From: Mariniphaga sp.
GTDB lineage: Bacteria > Bacteroidota > Bacteroidia > Bacteroidales > Prolixibacteraceae
Assembly: GCA_037128295.1 (NCBI GenBank)
Contig: JBAXWR010000004.1
Span: 8,423-72,422 of the forward strand
Reading direction: 5' to 3'
DNA: 64,000 bases
The notes beneath the pieces were generated by a model, which searched no databases, was not told where the DNA came from, and saw nothing but the letters and a program-made list of their open reading frames with translations. Both the position numbers and the translations under genes were made by a program. Below, piece after piece: positions 18,570-28,463 of this stretch; positions within the stretch are counted from its first letter, which is position 1, and every line of letters starts with the position of its first letter.

Positions 18570-20861
18570 ATGAAAATATTCGGGCGTTTCCTTTATTCAA
18601 TAGTCGTTCTGTCCTTTATTACCCTAACTTTTTCATGTCACAAGCCTTCAACACCATTTCGTCCAGATCCGAAAGCTATAGAAATGGATAGTTTGCTTCA
18701 AACCGCTTTGAGGAAAAGTTTAACTTCACCGGTAATCGCTGCAGGAATTGCAAACCAAGTAGAAGAGCTTGCAAATGAAGTTCATAACGACACAATGATT
18801 GTTAAATCCCAGCTTGTAATGGGCGCAATCTTGCGTCTTGAAGGCAGAAATGAGGAGGCTTTTTCATTGTTTCAAAGTTCACTCCAATTATCCGAAAAAA
18901 TTAAATACGAACATGGAATTTGCCAGTCATTGCTTGAAAGCGGTACTATTGTCTATATACAAGGCCAATATGAAAAATCGGGTGCTCTGTTTAGAAAGTC
19001 ATTGGACCTGGCACAAAAAGGGATGTTTTATGAACTGGAAGCCTCTTCATTGAATAACATTGGAAAATACTTGCACACCACGGGACGTTTCGATGAATCG
19101 GTCGATTATTATAAGCAGGCACTCGAAAAGTTTAAAATAAGTGGGGATTCACTCAATTCAGTCACTGTCTTATTGAACCTCGGGAAAACATATAACATCG
19201 ACAGTGATTTTTATATGGCGCTTAAATGTTATCTTGAAGCGTTTAAGATCTGTAAAAAGAGCGATGATTATTCAAATGTTTCAGAAGTATGCAGTAATTT
19301 AGGTTCATTCTATCTCACACTCGACCAACCCGAAATCTCCCTGGAATATCATAAAAGGGCACTTTTCTATCGGGTTCTACTCGATACACCCGAGGGACTG
19401 GCCAGTTCCTACAACAACGTCGGTAAAGTTTATCTTGTAAAAAACAATCCCGACAGTGCTTTTTTTTATTTTGGCAAATCGCTCAAGTACTGTGATCAGA
19501 TTTCCTATTTGAAAGGAAAAGTAAAGGCTTTGGCCAACATTGGCAAAGTCTGTAACCTTAAATCGGAACATAAAAAGGCAAAAACCTATCTCCAACAGTC
19601 CATGGCTATCGCTGAGAAAAGTGGCTATGTTGCGGGTGTCGCAGAAGCTTTGCTTCAACTGGGGAATACATTTCTTGGCCTGAACCAAATCGATTCTGCA
19701 AAAACAGCCTTCGAAAACTCCTTATTAAAGGCCAATTCAACGAATCTGACAGAAATAAATCATGATGCCTATTGGGGACTTTATCAGTGCTTTCTCAAAA
19801 AAAGAGATGCTGAAAAAGCTCTTGAATATTACAGGTACTTTTCACAGGCAGATAAAAAGAAGATGCAAGCTGAAAATAGTGCCAGGTTGTCGGAATTAAG
19901 AATAAACTTTGAATCTGAAAAGAAGGAAGATGATAATGTACTTCTCCGGAAAGAGAATGAAATTAAGGAAATTACAATCAGGCAGGAGCGTTTTATTATT
20001 TCATTGTTTTTTACTGCCTTGGTATTGACAATGTTGTTGATCATCATGCTTTATACCCGATTCGAAAATAAGCGGAAAGCCAACGAACACCTCTCAATAC
20101 TGAACAAAAAAATTGTAACCCAAAACATGGCACTTGAGAAACTGAACAAAGAACTCAAGAATGCCAATCGGGAAAAGGATAAAGTTTTTTCGATCATTAC
20201 CCATGAATTGAGAAATCCACTTTATTGGTTTCAGAACCTGACAGAAATGCTTTCATTGAAATACATGCAAATGCCACCTGAAAAGGTGCAAAAATCATTG
20301 GGAGCTTTGGACGAGTCAGCAAAAAATGCATTTCACCTGATGGACAACCTGTTGCACTGGTCGCGATCACGCCTCAACCGGATCACGCCTACTATTACTG
20401 ATCATTCGTTGGAAAAATTGATTCACGAATCATCCCGTATGTATGAGACTATTCTGAAACAAAAGAAAATTCAACTTATTATTGATCTGCCAAATGATTC
20501 CTTCATAAAGGTAGATACTGATTTATTTATGTGTGTTGTGCGCAACCTTGTGTCGAATGCAATCAAATACACACCCGAAAATGGAATCATCAAAATCATT
20601 GCAAGGCTTAAAAAGCAGAATTGCATCATCTCAGTAATCGATTCGGGAATTGGAATGGATCAGAAACTTAAGAAATCGATCTTTCACTCTGATAAGGAAT
20701 CAACCTCGGTTGGACTGATGAACGAGAAAGGATCTGGATTTGGTTTAAAATTATGCAAGGAATTTGTAAAGATGAATAAAGGTAAGATCTGGATCGCTGA
20801 CAATATTGAAAGTGGTACCTGCTTTTCCTTCACCGTGCCCTGTGTCATTACAATTAAGTAA
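18570..20861 (+). CDS. TPR-repeat sensor histidine kinase (extracytoplasmic TPR array, one TM, HisKA + HATPase_c)
   Basis: 763 aa. It has a signal/lipobox-like N-terminus, about 8 TPR-like repeats, a TM helix (FIISLFFTALVLTMLLIIMLY), an H-box (FSIITHELRNPL), and N/G boxes (LVSNAIKYT, GSGFGLKLC). Confidence 0.85.
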   Translation: MKIFGRFLYSIVVLSFITLTFSCHKPSTPFRPDPKAIEMDSLLQTALRKSLTSPVIAAGIANQVEELANEVHNDTMIVKSQLVMGAILRLEGRNEEAFSLFQSSLQLSEKIKYEHGICQSLLESGTIVYIQGQYEKSGALFRKSLDLAQKGMFYELEASSLNNIGKYLHTTGRFDESVDYYKQALEKFKISGDSLNSVTVLLNLGKTYNIDSDFYMALKCYLEAFKICKKSDDYSNVSEVCSNLGSFYLTLDQPEISLEYHKRALFYRVLLDTPEGLASSYNNVGKVYLVKNNPDSAFFYFGKSLKYCDQISYLKGKVKALANIGKVCNLKSEHKKAKTYLQQSMAIAEKSGYVAGVAEALLQLGNTFLGLNQIDSAKTAFENSLLKANSTNLTEINHDAYWGLYQCFLKKRDAEKALEYYRYFSQADKKKMQAENSARLSELRINFESEKKEDDNVLLRKENEIKEITIRQERFIISLFFTALVLTMLLIIMLYTRFENKRKANEHLSILNKKIVTQNMALEKLNKELKNANREKDKVFSIITHELRNPLYWFQNLTEMLSLKYMQMPPEKVQKSLGALDESAKNAFHLMDNLLHWSRSRLNRITPTITDHSLEKLIHESSRMYETILKQKKIQLIIDLPNDSFIKVDTDLFMCVVRNLVSNAIKYTPENGIIKIIARLKKQNCIISVIDSGIGMDQKLKKSIFHSDKESTSVGLMNEKGSGFGLKLCKEFVKMNKGKIWIADNIESGTCFSFTVPCVITIK

Positions 20862-20930
20862 AGAAATAATCTATGCGTCCTTATCAGTTATAAACCTTAA
20901 TAATTTAGAGGTCTGTTCAACAGATTCTTC

Positions 20931-20958
20931 TGTAATCGGTATGACTTAATTCTGTAAT
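20931..20958 (+). promoter_or_regulatory. TTCTGTAATCG direct repeat (TGTAAT at 20931 and 20953; 22-bp spacing)
   Basis: Two identical 11-mers counted directly, 72-99 bp upstream of the ATG at 21030. Confidence 0.4.
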
Positions 20959-21029
20959 CGTTTTGTCTTGTTTTGATAAAGTTATGTTAAACAAATGGTT
21001 ATGTAGAATTAACATGTACCCCACATTAT

Positions 21030-23651
21030 ATGGGTAGTTTCGTAGGTGATTTTGTAGTATCCCTGCTTTGCCTTTCCAAATTGGCGCTGTTCTTAATAAT
21101 TAGCGTTTTTAAATTTTTGTTATCTGAGTTAATTGAACATTACAATAATGGCACAATGAAAAATTGGAATAAAGAGATGAAATCAGAGTTCGGTACAATT
21201 CATCAAAATTCAGAAGAGTTGCTGACAAGAATCCATGGGAATTCAGGTTTTCCAAATTCTAACGATGAAGAACTGAATTACATTTGCCATCTGGAGCGCT
21301 CACAGGTAAGTCTGCAATTAAAGGTTGAAGAACTTATGCTCGCAAAGAAAGAGGCTGAAAAAAATGCGTCTGAAAAATATGCAGAATTGTTCCAATTGGC
21401 ACCAGTTGCGTATCTTACACTTTCAAGAGAGGGCAAAATCATTGAACTAAACACTTTCGCATCTCATTTGCTTGGAATTGAATGTACACCCCTAAGAGAT
21501 ATTCATTTTGAATCATTTGTTGATGATGATACCAAACCATTATTCAATCAATTCCTTCACAGAGTGTTAAACAACAATAGCATTGAAGTCTGCGAAGTTA
21601 CAATATTAAAAAAAGGGAGCCTACCACAGTTTATACGACTTACCGGAAAAGCTTCTGCAAATGCTGATCAATATTTATTGACTGCAATTAACATTGCCGA
21701 ACTTAAGCGGGCAGACGAGGCTCTGATTGAAGCAGACTGGAGGTTTTGTGCTTTGTTTGAGAACAGTCCAATTGCAGTTGCATACCATGAAATGATCTAT
21801 GATGAATACAGAAAACCAGTCGATTACCGGTTTCTTGATGCCAATAAAAGCTATCGGGAGCTAACAGGAACCGACCCCCGAGGCAAAACTGTAAAACAAG
21901 CATTTCCAGATATCGAAAACGGTGTTTTTGATTGGATCGGAACTTATGGCAAAGTGGTAAATACTGGGAAAACTATTCGCTTTGAACAATTTCTTCAATA
22001 TAATAATCGATGGTATGATTGTGTTGCTTACACTTACAAGCCAAACCATTTTGTAACTTCTTTCCTTGAAATAACAAAACGAAAAAGTGCCGAAGTAGCG
22101 CTTAAAGAGAGTGAATTAAAGTTCAGGACTGTTGCTGATCAAACGTCTGACTGGGTATATTGGATTGGTGAAGATCAACAAATTTTCTACATGTCCCCGG
22201 CCTGCAAAAAAATTACTGGTTATGATCCGGAAGAATTCCTATCAAAACCTCAGCTAATTAAGGAAATTGTCTATTCGGGTGATTACGATTCAATCCTCAA
22301 CTACAAAAATCAAATATTATTGAAGGAAAATAGGGATAAGGTTTATGATTTGGAAATAAGGGTGGTAAGTAAAGAGGGTGCTTTGGTTTGGATCCACCAT
22401 ATTTCCAGTCCTATATTTAATGAGAACGGGAAATACCTGGGAAGACGAATTAGCAACAGGGATATTACAGAAAAGAAAAAAATGATTACAGACTTGATTA
22501 AAGCGAAAGAACGGGCAGAAGAAAGTGATCGATTGATGTCATCGTTTTTGGCCAATATGAGCCATGAAATCAGAACTCCGATGACTGGCATACTAGGATT
22601 TACAGAATTATTAAAGGAACCCAACCTTTCGGTAAAGGAGCAGATGGAATTTATTCGTATTATTGAGATAAGTGGTACACGTATGCTCAATATTATTAAC
22701 GATATCATGAGCATATCAAAAGTTGAATCGGGACAAATGGAGGTATATCTATCAGAGACAAATATAAATACGCAAATTGATTACCTTTATACGTTCTTCA
22801 AACCCGAGGCAGAAAAAAAAGGTTTACAATTGTTTTTCAAAAAGACATTGTCCTCACAGGAAGCCATCCTAAAAACGGACAAGGAAAAAATCTATTCAAT
22901 TTTAACGAATCTTGTCAAGAATGCGATCAAATTTACACCTAGTGGTTCGATCGAATTTGGTTACGAAAAAAAAGATAAATACCTTGAATTTTTCATAAAG
23001 GATACTGGACCTGGAATTCGCGAGGAGCATAAGCATTTCATTTTTGAAAGGTTCAGGCAGGGAAGTGAATCGCTTAGTCGGAATTATGAAGGTGCAGGAC
23101 TTGGGTTGACAATATCCAAAGCATTTGTCGAAATGCTTGGCGGTAAAATATGGGTTGAAAGTACAGTGGGAAAAGGTTCGATATTTTATTTTACGATTCC
23201 CTATATTGCTCAAATTGAAGAAAAGAAACTCAGTAAAAGTTCTGTTAGCGCTGATAACTGCATTAAAAAACTAAAAATACTTATAGCAGAAGACAATCAA
23301 ATATCCTCGATACTTCTTGGAAAAGTTATGGGCAATTTCAGCAAAGAAGTTCTAAATGTGAACAATGGAATCGATGCAGTTGAGGTTTGTTTCAGCAATC
23401 CTGACATTGACCTTGTTTTGATGGATATTCAAATGCCCCTTATGGATGGTTATGAGGCAACCCGTTTAATCAGGAAATTCAATGCAGAAGTTGTAATTAT
23501 AGCACAATCCGCGTTTGCATTAACCGGCGACCAGGAGAGGGCAATTGCAGCCGGATGCAATAGCTACATTTCAAAACCAATTCAACAAAAGCATTTAACG
23601 GAGTTAATCAGTGCATATTTTAAACAACCCGTGCCCCTCATTCTGAACTAA
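21030..23651 (+). CDS. PAS-domain hybrid sensor histidine kinase with C-terminal receiver
   Basis: 873 aa. It has multiple PAS/PAC segments, an H-box (MSHEIRTPMTGILGF), an HATPase (GAGLGLTISKAFVEMLGGKIWVES), and a receiver (DLVLMDIQMPLMDG). An alternative start at 21156 is possible. Confidence 0.85.
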   Translation: MGSFVGDFVVSLLCLSKLALFLIISVFKFLLSELIEHYNNGTMKNWNKEMKSEFGTIHQNSEELLTRIHGNSGFPNSNDEELNYICHLERSQVSLQLKVEELMLAKKEAEKNASEKYAELFQLAPVAYLTLSREGKIIELNTFASHLLGIECTPLRDIHFESFVDDDTKPLFNQFLHRVLNNNSIEVCEVTILKKGSLPQFIRLTGKASANADQYLLTAINIAELKRADEALIEADWRFCALFENSPIAVAYHEMIYDEYRKPVDYRFLDANKSYRELTGTDPRGKTVKQAFPDIENGVFDWIGTYGKVVNTGKTIRFEQFLQYNNRWYDCVAYTYKPNHFVTSFLEITKRKSAEVALKESELKFRTVADQTSDWVYWIGEDQQIFYMSPACKKITGYDPEEFLSKPQLIKEIVYSGDYDSILNYKNQILLKENRDKVYDLEIRVVSKEGALVWIHHISSPIFNENGKYLGRRISNRDITEKKKMITDLIKAKERAEESDRLMSSFLANMSHEIRTPMTGILGFTELLKEPNLSVKEQMEFIRIIEISGTRMLNIINDIMSISKVESGQMEVYLSETNINTQIDYLYTFFKPEAEKKGLQLFFKKTLSSQEAILKTDKEKIYSILTNLVKNAIKFTPSGSIEFGYEKKDKYLEFFIKDTGPGIREEHKHFIFERFRQGSESLSRNYEGAGLGLTISKAFVEMLGGKIWVESTVGKGSIFYFTIPYIAQIEEKKLSKSSVSADNCIKKLKILIAEDNQISSILLGKVMGNFSKEVLNVNNGIDAVEVCFSNPDIDLVLMDIQMPLMDGYEATRLIRKFNAEVVIIAQSAFALTGDQERAIAAGCNSYISKPIQQKHLTELISAYFKQPVPLILN

Positions 23652-23816
23652 TTAATTATGATTTTATCATTTGAGAATTTTAGTTTTAACCTTCCATTTG
23701 TTTTAGCTTAGTTCCAGAAGTCTCCGTCTATTCCACCATTTCCCCCGAATCTCAATGCCCTTTTCCCATTTGGCCTAATCAGCTACAAATAGGATCAGAA
23801 CGGGGTATTAAATCAT

Positions 23817-23877
23817 TGTAACAAAATGGTAACCGATAATTGACCCCAGTGTAACAGGGGATCATCACTTTTGTAAC
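23817..23877 (+). promoter_or_regulatory. Four (T)GTAAC direct repeats with G at 23818, 23829, 23851 and 23873 (spacing 11, 22 and 22 bp)
   Basis: Positions counted directly. They lie 27-86 bp upstream of the first gene of the phosphonate cluster (ATG 23904). Confidence 0.5.
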
Positions 23878-23903
23878 GTTAAAAACATCTGAAACTTCAT
23901 AAT

Positions 23904-25064
23904 ATGAGAATTTTTGCATTAGGTGGAGCCGGCAAGATTTGTCGTGAGGCGGCACTTGATATTGTCCAATTTGGAATTTTCGATCAGTTGACAATTGGTG
24001 ATTTTGATGTAGATGCAGCCAAGGAAACAGCGAAATGGCTATTTCATCCCAAAGTCGATTATGTCTTTATTGATATAAGAAGCAAAAACGATTCAATTGC
24101 TCTTTTATCTGAATATGATATAGTTATCGATGGTACTACCATATCTCTCAATTCCCTTTCGACTGAATGTATTGCTCATGCAAATTGTCATGGAATCAAC
24201 CTGAACGGATTCGGTGAGGAATACCAATTCAGCGATATTTTCAAATCGAATGGGAAAATTATGGTCCCGGGATTTGGAATGACCCCAGGCATTACCAATA
24301 TGATGGCTGTCTTTGCCTGTGACCAAATGGAGAAAGTAAACATTGTTCGGGTCAGCCATGGTGCCTTTCGCCCGATTGCCTTTTCCGGTTCTATCACCGA
24401 GACGACCATTTATGAATATGACCCGAATTTGCCCGGTCGTACCGTATTCGAAAACGGGCAATTCTTTCAGGTTCCGCCGTTTGCGCGTCCACGGGTTGTT
24501 GAACTGCCGCAACCATATGGTAAAACCCTACAATATATTATACCTCATTCTGAAACATTCACATTGGCAAAATACCTTGAGAACAAAGGGGTTGAATTGA
24601 TTGAGGTTCGTGGAACATGGCCTGTTGAGAATATGTTGCTGATAAAAGCACTGTATAATTATGGGTTTTTGAACAACCCACAAATAACTCTTGATGGCCA
24701 TGAGTTCGGAATTATGGATGCCATCAGCGAATACCTTCAAAAATCGGATAAAGGTAAATCAACAGAATTATTTGGTTATTCACTTCATGTTGAAGTGGAG
24801 GGTATTAAAAAAGGAAAGTTGGTACGACTAACATTGACACATACACACCCATCTTCTGATGGTTCAAATCCAAAATGGAAAGGTTTAAGGGCTTATACCA
24901 GAAATGTAGGAATCCCCATGAGCATTGCGGCTCAATTGATTGCGCAAGGAAAATACAAAGGAGAAGGCGCATTGTATCCTGAGTTTGTTTTCAACCCCGT
25001 AACCGTTTTTGAAGAATTGGCCAAAAGACAAATTTATATTCATGTTGAAGAAGAAATAATCTGA
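23904..25064 (+). CDS. Saccharopine dehydrogenase-like NAD(P)-dependent oxidoreductase (function in this context unknown)
   Basis: 386 aa. It has an N-terminal Rossmann loop (IFALGGAGKICREAA) and a central PGFGMTPGITN motif typical of the Sacchrp_dh family. It is the first gene of the phnX-phnW cluster, 5 nt before phnX. Confidence 0.7.
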   Translation: MRIFALGGAGKICREAALDIVQFGIFDQLTIGDFDVDAAKETAKWLFHPKVDYVFIDIRSKNDSIALLSEYDIVIDGTTISLNSLSTECIAHANCHGINLNGFGEEYQFSDIFKSNGKIMVPGFGMTPGITNMMAVFACDQMEKVNIVRVSHGAFRPIAFSGSITETTIYEYDPNLPGRTVFENGQFFQVPPFARPRVVELPQPYGKTLQYIIPHSETFTLAKYLENKGVELIEVRGTWPVENMLLIKALYNYGFLNNPQITLDGHEFGIMDAISEYLQKSDKGKSTELFGYSLHVEVEGIKKGKLVRLTLTHTHPSSDGSNPKWKGLRAYTRNVGIPMSIAAQLIAQGKYKGEGALYPEFVFNPVTVFEELAKRQIYIHVEEEII

Positions 25065-25069
25065 ATATC

Positions 25070-25864
25070 ATGCAGAAATTGAATAACATAAAAGCAGTCA
25101 TCTTTGACTGGGCCGGAACAATAATCGACTATGGATGTATGGCGCCTACCCAGGTATTCGTTCAGGTTTATAAATCAAAAGGAGTTTTTCTAAGTAATGA
25201 AGAGGCTCGGGGACCAATGGGATTGGCAAAGAAGGATCATATTCGGGAATTGATGCAGTTGGGCTCCATTCAAAAACAATGGATGATTAGATTCAGGCGA
25301 TACCCAACTGAAGCCGACATCGAATCAATATACGCTGAACTGGAGCCTGTTCTTTCAAATATCGTTAAAAACTATACCGCTCCGATCCAGGGTGCTATTG
25401 AACTCATCAACTTGCTTAAATCTCAGGGAATAAAAGTAGGTACTACGACAGGATATGTTGCTGAAATGATGGACAATATATTACCGATTACCACAGCATT
25501 GGGCTTGTTGCCAGACGCCGTTGTGAATTCATCAGAAGTCTCATCAGGAAGGCCTTATCCCTGGATGATCTACCGTAACTGCGAAAAGATGAATGTTTTC
25601 CCATTGAGTAAAATGGTTAAAATCGGTGATACAGTTGCCGATATCCAGGAAGGTGTAAATGCGGGGATGTGGACAATTGGGTTAACAAAATCGGGAAACG
25701 AACTTGGATTATCAATTGCTGAAACTCAAAAGGCAGATCCTGTTTGGCTTCAGGAAAAAATCGCTATTGCCGAACAGAAGTTGCTGGATGCAGGTGCTGA
25801 TTATGTGGCCGATGGGGTTTGGGATTGCTTACCTATCCTTTATGAAATTGACAATCTGATCTAA
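25070..25864 (+). CDS. phnX: Phosphonoacetaldehyde hydrolase (phosphonatase)
   Basis: 264 aa. It has the HAD motif I with the PhnX-specific context (AVIFDWAGTIIDYGCMAP), then GTTTGY, GRPYPWM and KIGDTVADIQEG, closely paralleling characterised Bacillus PhnX. Confidence 0.92.
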   Translation: MQKLNNIKAVIFDWAGTIIDYGCMAPTQVFVQVYKSKGVFLSNEEARGPMGLAKKDHIRELMQLGSIQKQWMIRFRRYPTEADIESIYAELEPVLSNIVKNYTAPIQGAIELINLLKSQGIKVGTTTGYVAEMMDNILPITTALGLLPDAVVNSSEVSSGRPYPWMIYRNCEKMNVFPLSKMVKIGDTVADIQEGVNAGMWTIGLTKSGNELGLSIAETQKADPVWLQEKIAIAEQKLLDAGADYVADGVWDCLPILYEIDNLI

Positions 25865-25892
25865 ATCAGGAATTCTAAATAATACTTTAAGA

Positions 25893-27227
25893 ATGACAAA
25901 AGCAATTTCTCCTGCCATGAGAAAATGGCGTATTCAAATATTTGCAGTCACATGGCTGGCATATTTCGGGATGTATTTTTGCCGCAAGAATTTCAGCGTT
26001 GTTATGCCCGTGATGAGTCGGGAGTTAGGTACCTCAAAGGAGGAATTTGCGTTTGTAATAACCATTTACAGTATCATGTATATGTTGGGTCAGTTTCTGA
26101 GTGGCTATCTGAGCGACCGGAACGGTCCACGGCTTATTGTTGGGATTGGCCTATTGATTGCAGTCATTTCAAATCTCCTGATGGGCTGGATGGGAACTAT
26201 GGGTTCTTTCGTTTTTTTAATGGGATTGAATGGATTTGGACAATCTACGGGTTGGTCAGGACTTGTCAAAAACCTGACACCCTGGTTCAAAAAGAAGGAA
26301 CGCGGCGTGATGATGTCATTCTGGTCAACCTGTTATGTAATTGGAGGAGTAGCCGCAACTGCATTTGCTACTTATTGGCTCACCAATCAGCAATTCCTTT
26401 CAGAATATTCGTGGAAAAGGGCATTCCTTGCTCCGGCAGTTCTTTTATTGGTTATTTCAATCTTTTACATCGTGTTTGACCGGAATAATCCAACGGATGT
26501 AGGATTGGAGACATTTGAAAAAAACGGGATCACAAAAAAAGGTAAGAGAAAGGATAAAGAGGCTCAGATGGCTGTATTAAAAAATGGCGCTGTCTGGATT
26601 GCTGCAGCCATGTACTTCTTTTTAAAATTTACCCGTTATGCATTTCTTTTCTGGCTCCCCCTGTACCTTTCGGAGGCACTTTTCTATTCCGACCAGCAGG
26701 CAGGATATACCTCAATGGCTTATGAAGCATTCGGGTTTCTGGGAGTCCTGGCGGCAGGTTTTGCTTCCGATTATTTATTTAAAGCACGCCGGTTTCCCAT
26801 CAGTTCGATAATGCTTTTTGGATTGGCCATCGTTTTGTTTTTGCAGCCTTATCTAAGTCCATTGGGAAATGTTCCCACTATTATTTCGATCGGGCTTATT
26901 GGGTTTTTCACTTATGGTCCAGACTCGCTAATGTCGGGTGCTGCTGCGATGGATATGGGAAAAAACCATGGTGCAGCTTTGTCTGCAGGTTTGATCAATG
27001 GTGTAGGTTCTGCAGGTCAATTGTTGTCGCCCTTTGCCGTTGCATATGTTTCCCAAAAATATGGATGGAACGCATTGTTTGAGGTATTCGTCATAGTAGC
27101 CTTAATTGCAGCTTTCCTGTTAATCTTTAAATGGAATTATGGAACTGAAAATCAATCTGATGAATCACCAGAATTATCCTCACACCCTGATGAGGAATAT
27201 GTAGAACTGGGTCTGACAACCAAGTAA
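25893..27227 (+). CDS. MFS transporter of the organophosphate:Pi antiporter (GlpT/UhpC) type; candidate 2-AEP permease
   Basis: 444 aa with 12 predicted TM helices and the OPA-type motif (GYLSDRNGPRLIV). It is embedded between phnX and phnW. Confidence 0.75.
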   Translation: MTKAISPAMRKWRIQIFAVTWLAYFGMYFCRKNFSVVMPVMSRELGTSKEEFAFVITIYSIMYMLGQFLSGYLSDRNGPRLIVGIGLLIAVISNLLMGWMGTMGSFVFLMGLNGFGQSTGWSGLVKNLTPWFKKKERGVMMSFWSTCYVIGGVAATAFATYWLTNQQFLSEYSWKRAFLAPAVLLLVISIFYIVFDRNNPTDVGLETFEKNGITKKGKRKDKEAQMAVLKNGAVWIAAAMYFFLKFTRYAFLFWLPLYLSEALFYSDQQAGYTSMAYEAFGFLGVLAAGFASDYLFKARRFPISSIMLFGLAIVLFLQPYLSPLGNVPTIISIGLIGFFTYGPDSLMSGAAAMDMGKNHGAALSAGLINGVGSAGQLLSPFAVAYVSQKYGWNALFEVFVIVALIAAFLLIFKWNYGTENQSDESPELSSHPDEEYVELGLTTK

Positions 27228-27252
27228 TAAATAAAATAAAATTTCATAGAAT

Positions 27253-28356
27253 ATGGACAATAAACTGTTTACTCCAGGCCCTTTAAATACAAAACGATCG
27301 GTGAAGAAAGCCATGCTTCACGATATGGGGTCGCGAGACAAAGAATTTTTGGAGGTTGTAGAAAAAATCCGCTGTGAACTGCTCGAAATTGCAGGTGTGA
27401 GCCGTGATGAGGGGTACGATTCGGTTTTGATGCAAGGATCCGGAACATTTGGAGTGGAATCTGTCATTTCAACAGTTATTCCAGAATATGGCCATTTACT
27501 GTTGATTTCAAATGGTGCATACGGTGACCGGATCGGAAATATGACCCATGTTTACGAGATCAAAACGACAACACTAAATTATAAGGAAAATGTAGTACCA
27601 TCTTATCTCGATGTGGAAGATGCGCTGAAAAAAGATGATTCAATTACCCATGTGGCTTTGGTACATTGTGAAACCACCACTGGCATTTTCAACGACATCG
27701 AAAATGTAGGATATATAGCTCGAAAATACAATAAACAGTTTATTGTTGATGCAATGAGCAGTTTTGGAGCAGTTCCCATTGATTTAAAGGGAATTGGCAT
27801 TGATTTTTTAATATCTTCATCCAATAAATGTATTGAAGGAGTACCTGGGTTTTCTTTTGTCATCTTTAAAACCAGCTCACTTATTAGTTGTAAGGGCAGT
27901 GCCAGAACCGTCTCGCTTGATCTTTACAATCAATGGATGTATATGAAGAATAGTAATCAATTCCGGTTTACTCCCCCAATTCAGTCCATTCTGGCATTCA
28001 ATCAGGCCCTAGAGGAGCTAAAACTTGAAGGTGGTGTCCGGAAACGATCGGAACGCTATCAACAGAATTACAACAGTTTAATCGAAGGAACCGAAGCACT
28101 TGGCTTAACAACTTATCTTGCTAAAAAGGATCAGGGATACATCATCACCTCTTTTCTGTTTCCAAAACACCCGAATTTCGATTTTACCTTATTTTACGAA
28201 AAATTACACGGACGGGGACAAGTCATCTATCAGGGAAAATTGTCGGATACAGATTGCTTCCGCATCGGCAATATTGGCCAGCTTTATCTGGAAGATATTG
28301 ATAGACTGATTGATGCAATACAAGAAGTGCTACTTGAAATGGGGGTCCCGGTATAA
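27253..28356 (+). CDS. phnW: 2-aminoethylphosphonate--pyruvate transaminase
   Basis: 367 aa class-V aminotransferase fold (LFTPGPLNT, SSNKCIEGVPG with the PLP lysine). Clustering with phnX agrees. Confidence 0.88.
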   Translation: MDNKLFTPGPLNTKRSVKKAMLHDMGSRDKEFLEVVEKIRCELLEIAGVSRDEGYDSVLMQGSGTFGVESVISTVIPEYGHLLLISNGAYGDRIGNMTHVYEIKTTTLNYKENVVPSYLDVEDALKKDDSITHVALVHCETTTGIFNDIENVGYIARKYNKQFIVDAMSSFGAVPIDLKGIGIDFLISSSNKCIEGVPGFSFVIFKTSSLISCKGSARTVSLDLYNQWMYMKNSNQFRFTPPIQSILAFNQALEELKLEGGVRKRSERYQQNYNSLIEGTEALGLTTYLAKKDQGYIITSFLFPKHPNFDFTLFYEKLHGRGQVIYQGKLSDTDCFRIGNIGQLYLEDIDRLIDAIQEVLLEMGVPV

Positions 28357-28378
28357 ACCAAATAATAATTCATCAAAC

Positions 28379-28406
28379 TGTAACCTCAGGTTCACAGAAT
28401 TGTAAT
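28379..28406 (+). promoter_or_regulatory. TGTAAC / TTCAC / TGTAAT repeats (28380, 28391, 28402; spacing 11 and 11 bp)
   Basis: Positions counted directly. They lie 58-85 bp upstream of the ATG at 28464. A -7-like GACATTTG follows at 28417-28424. Confidence 0.4.
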
Positions 28407-28463
28407 AACATTCCTTGACATTTGCCAACTGAAAATATAACATACTTGATTAATTAGTAAAAA

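Noticed and set aside
23779-23994. 71-aa minus-strand ORF
   Set aside because: It overlaps the start of the saccharopine-DH-like gene and the repeat/promoter region. There is no supporting motif.
25925-26479. 184-aa ORF in an alternative plus-strand frame
   Set aside because: It lies inside the MFS transporter gene. It is Cys/Arg/Trp-rich with non-protein-like composition.
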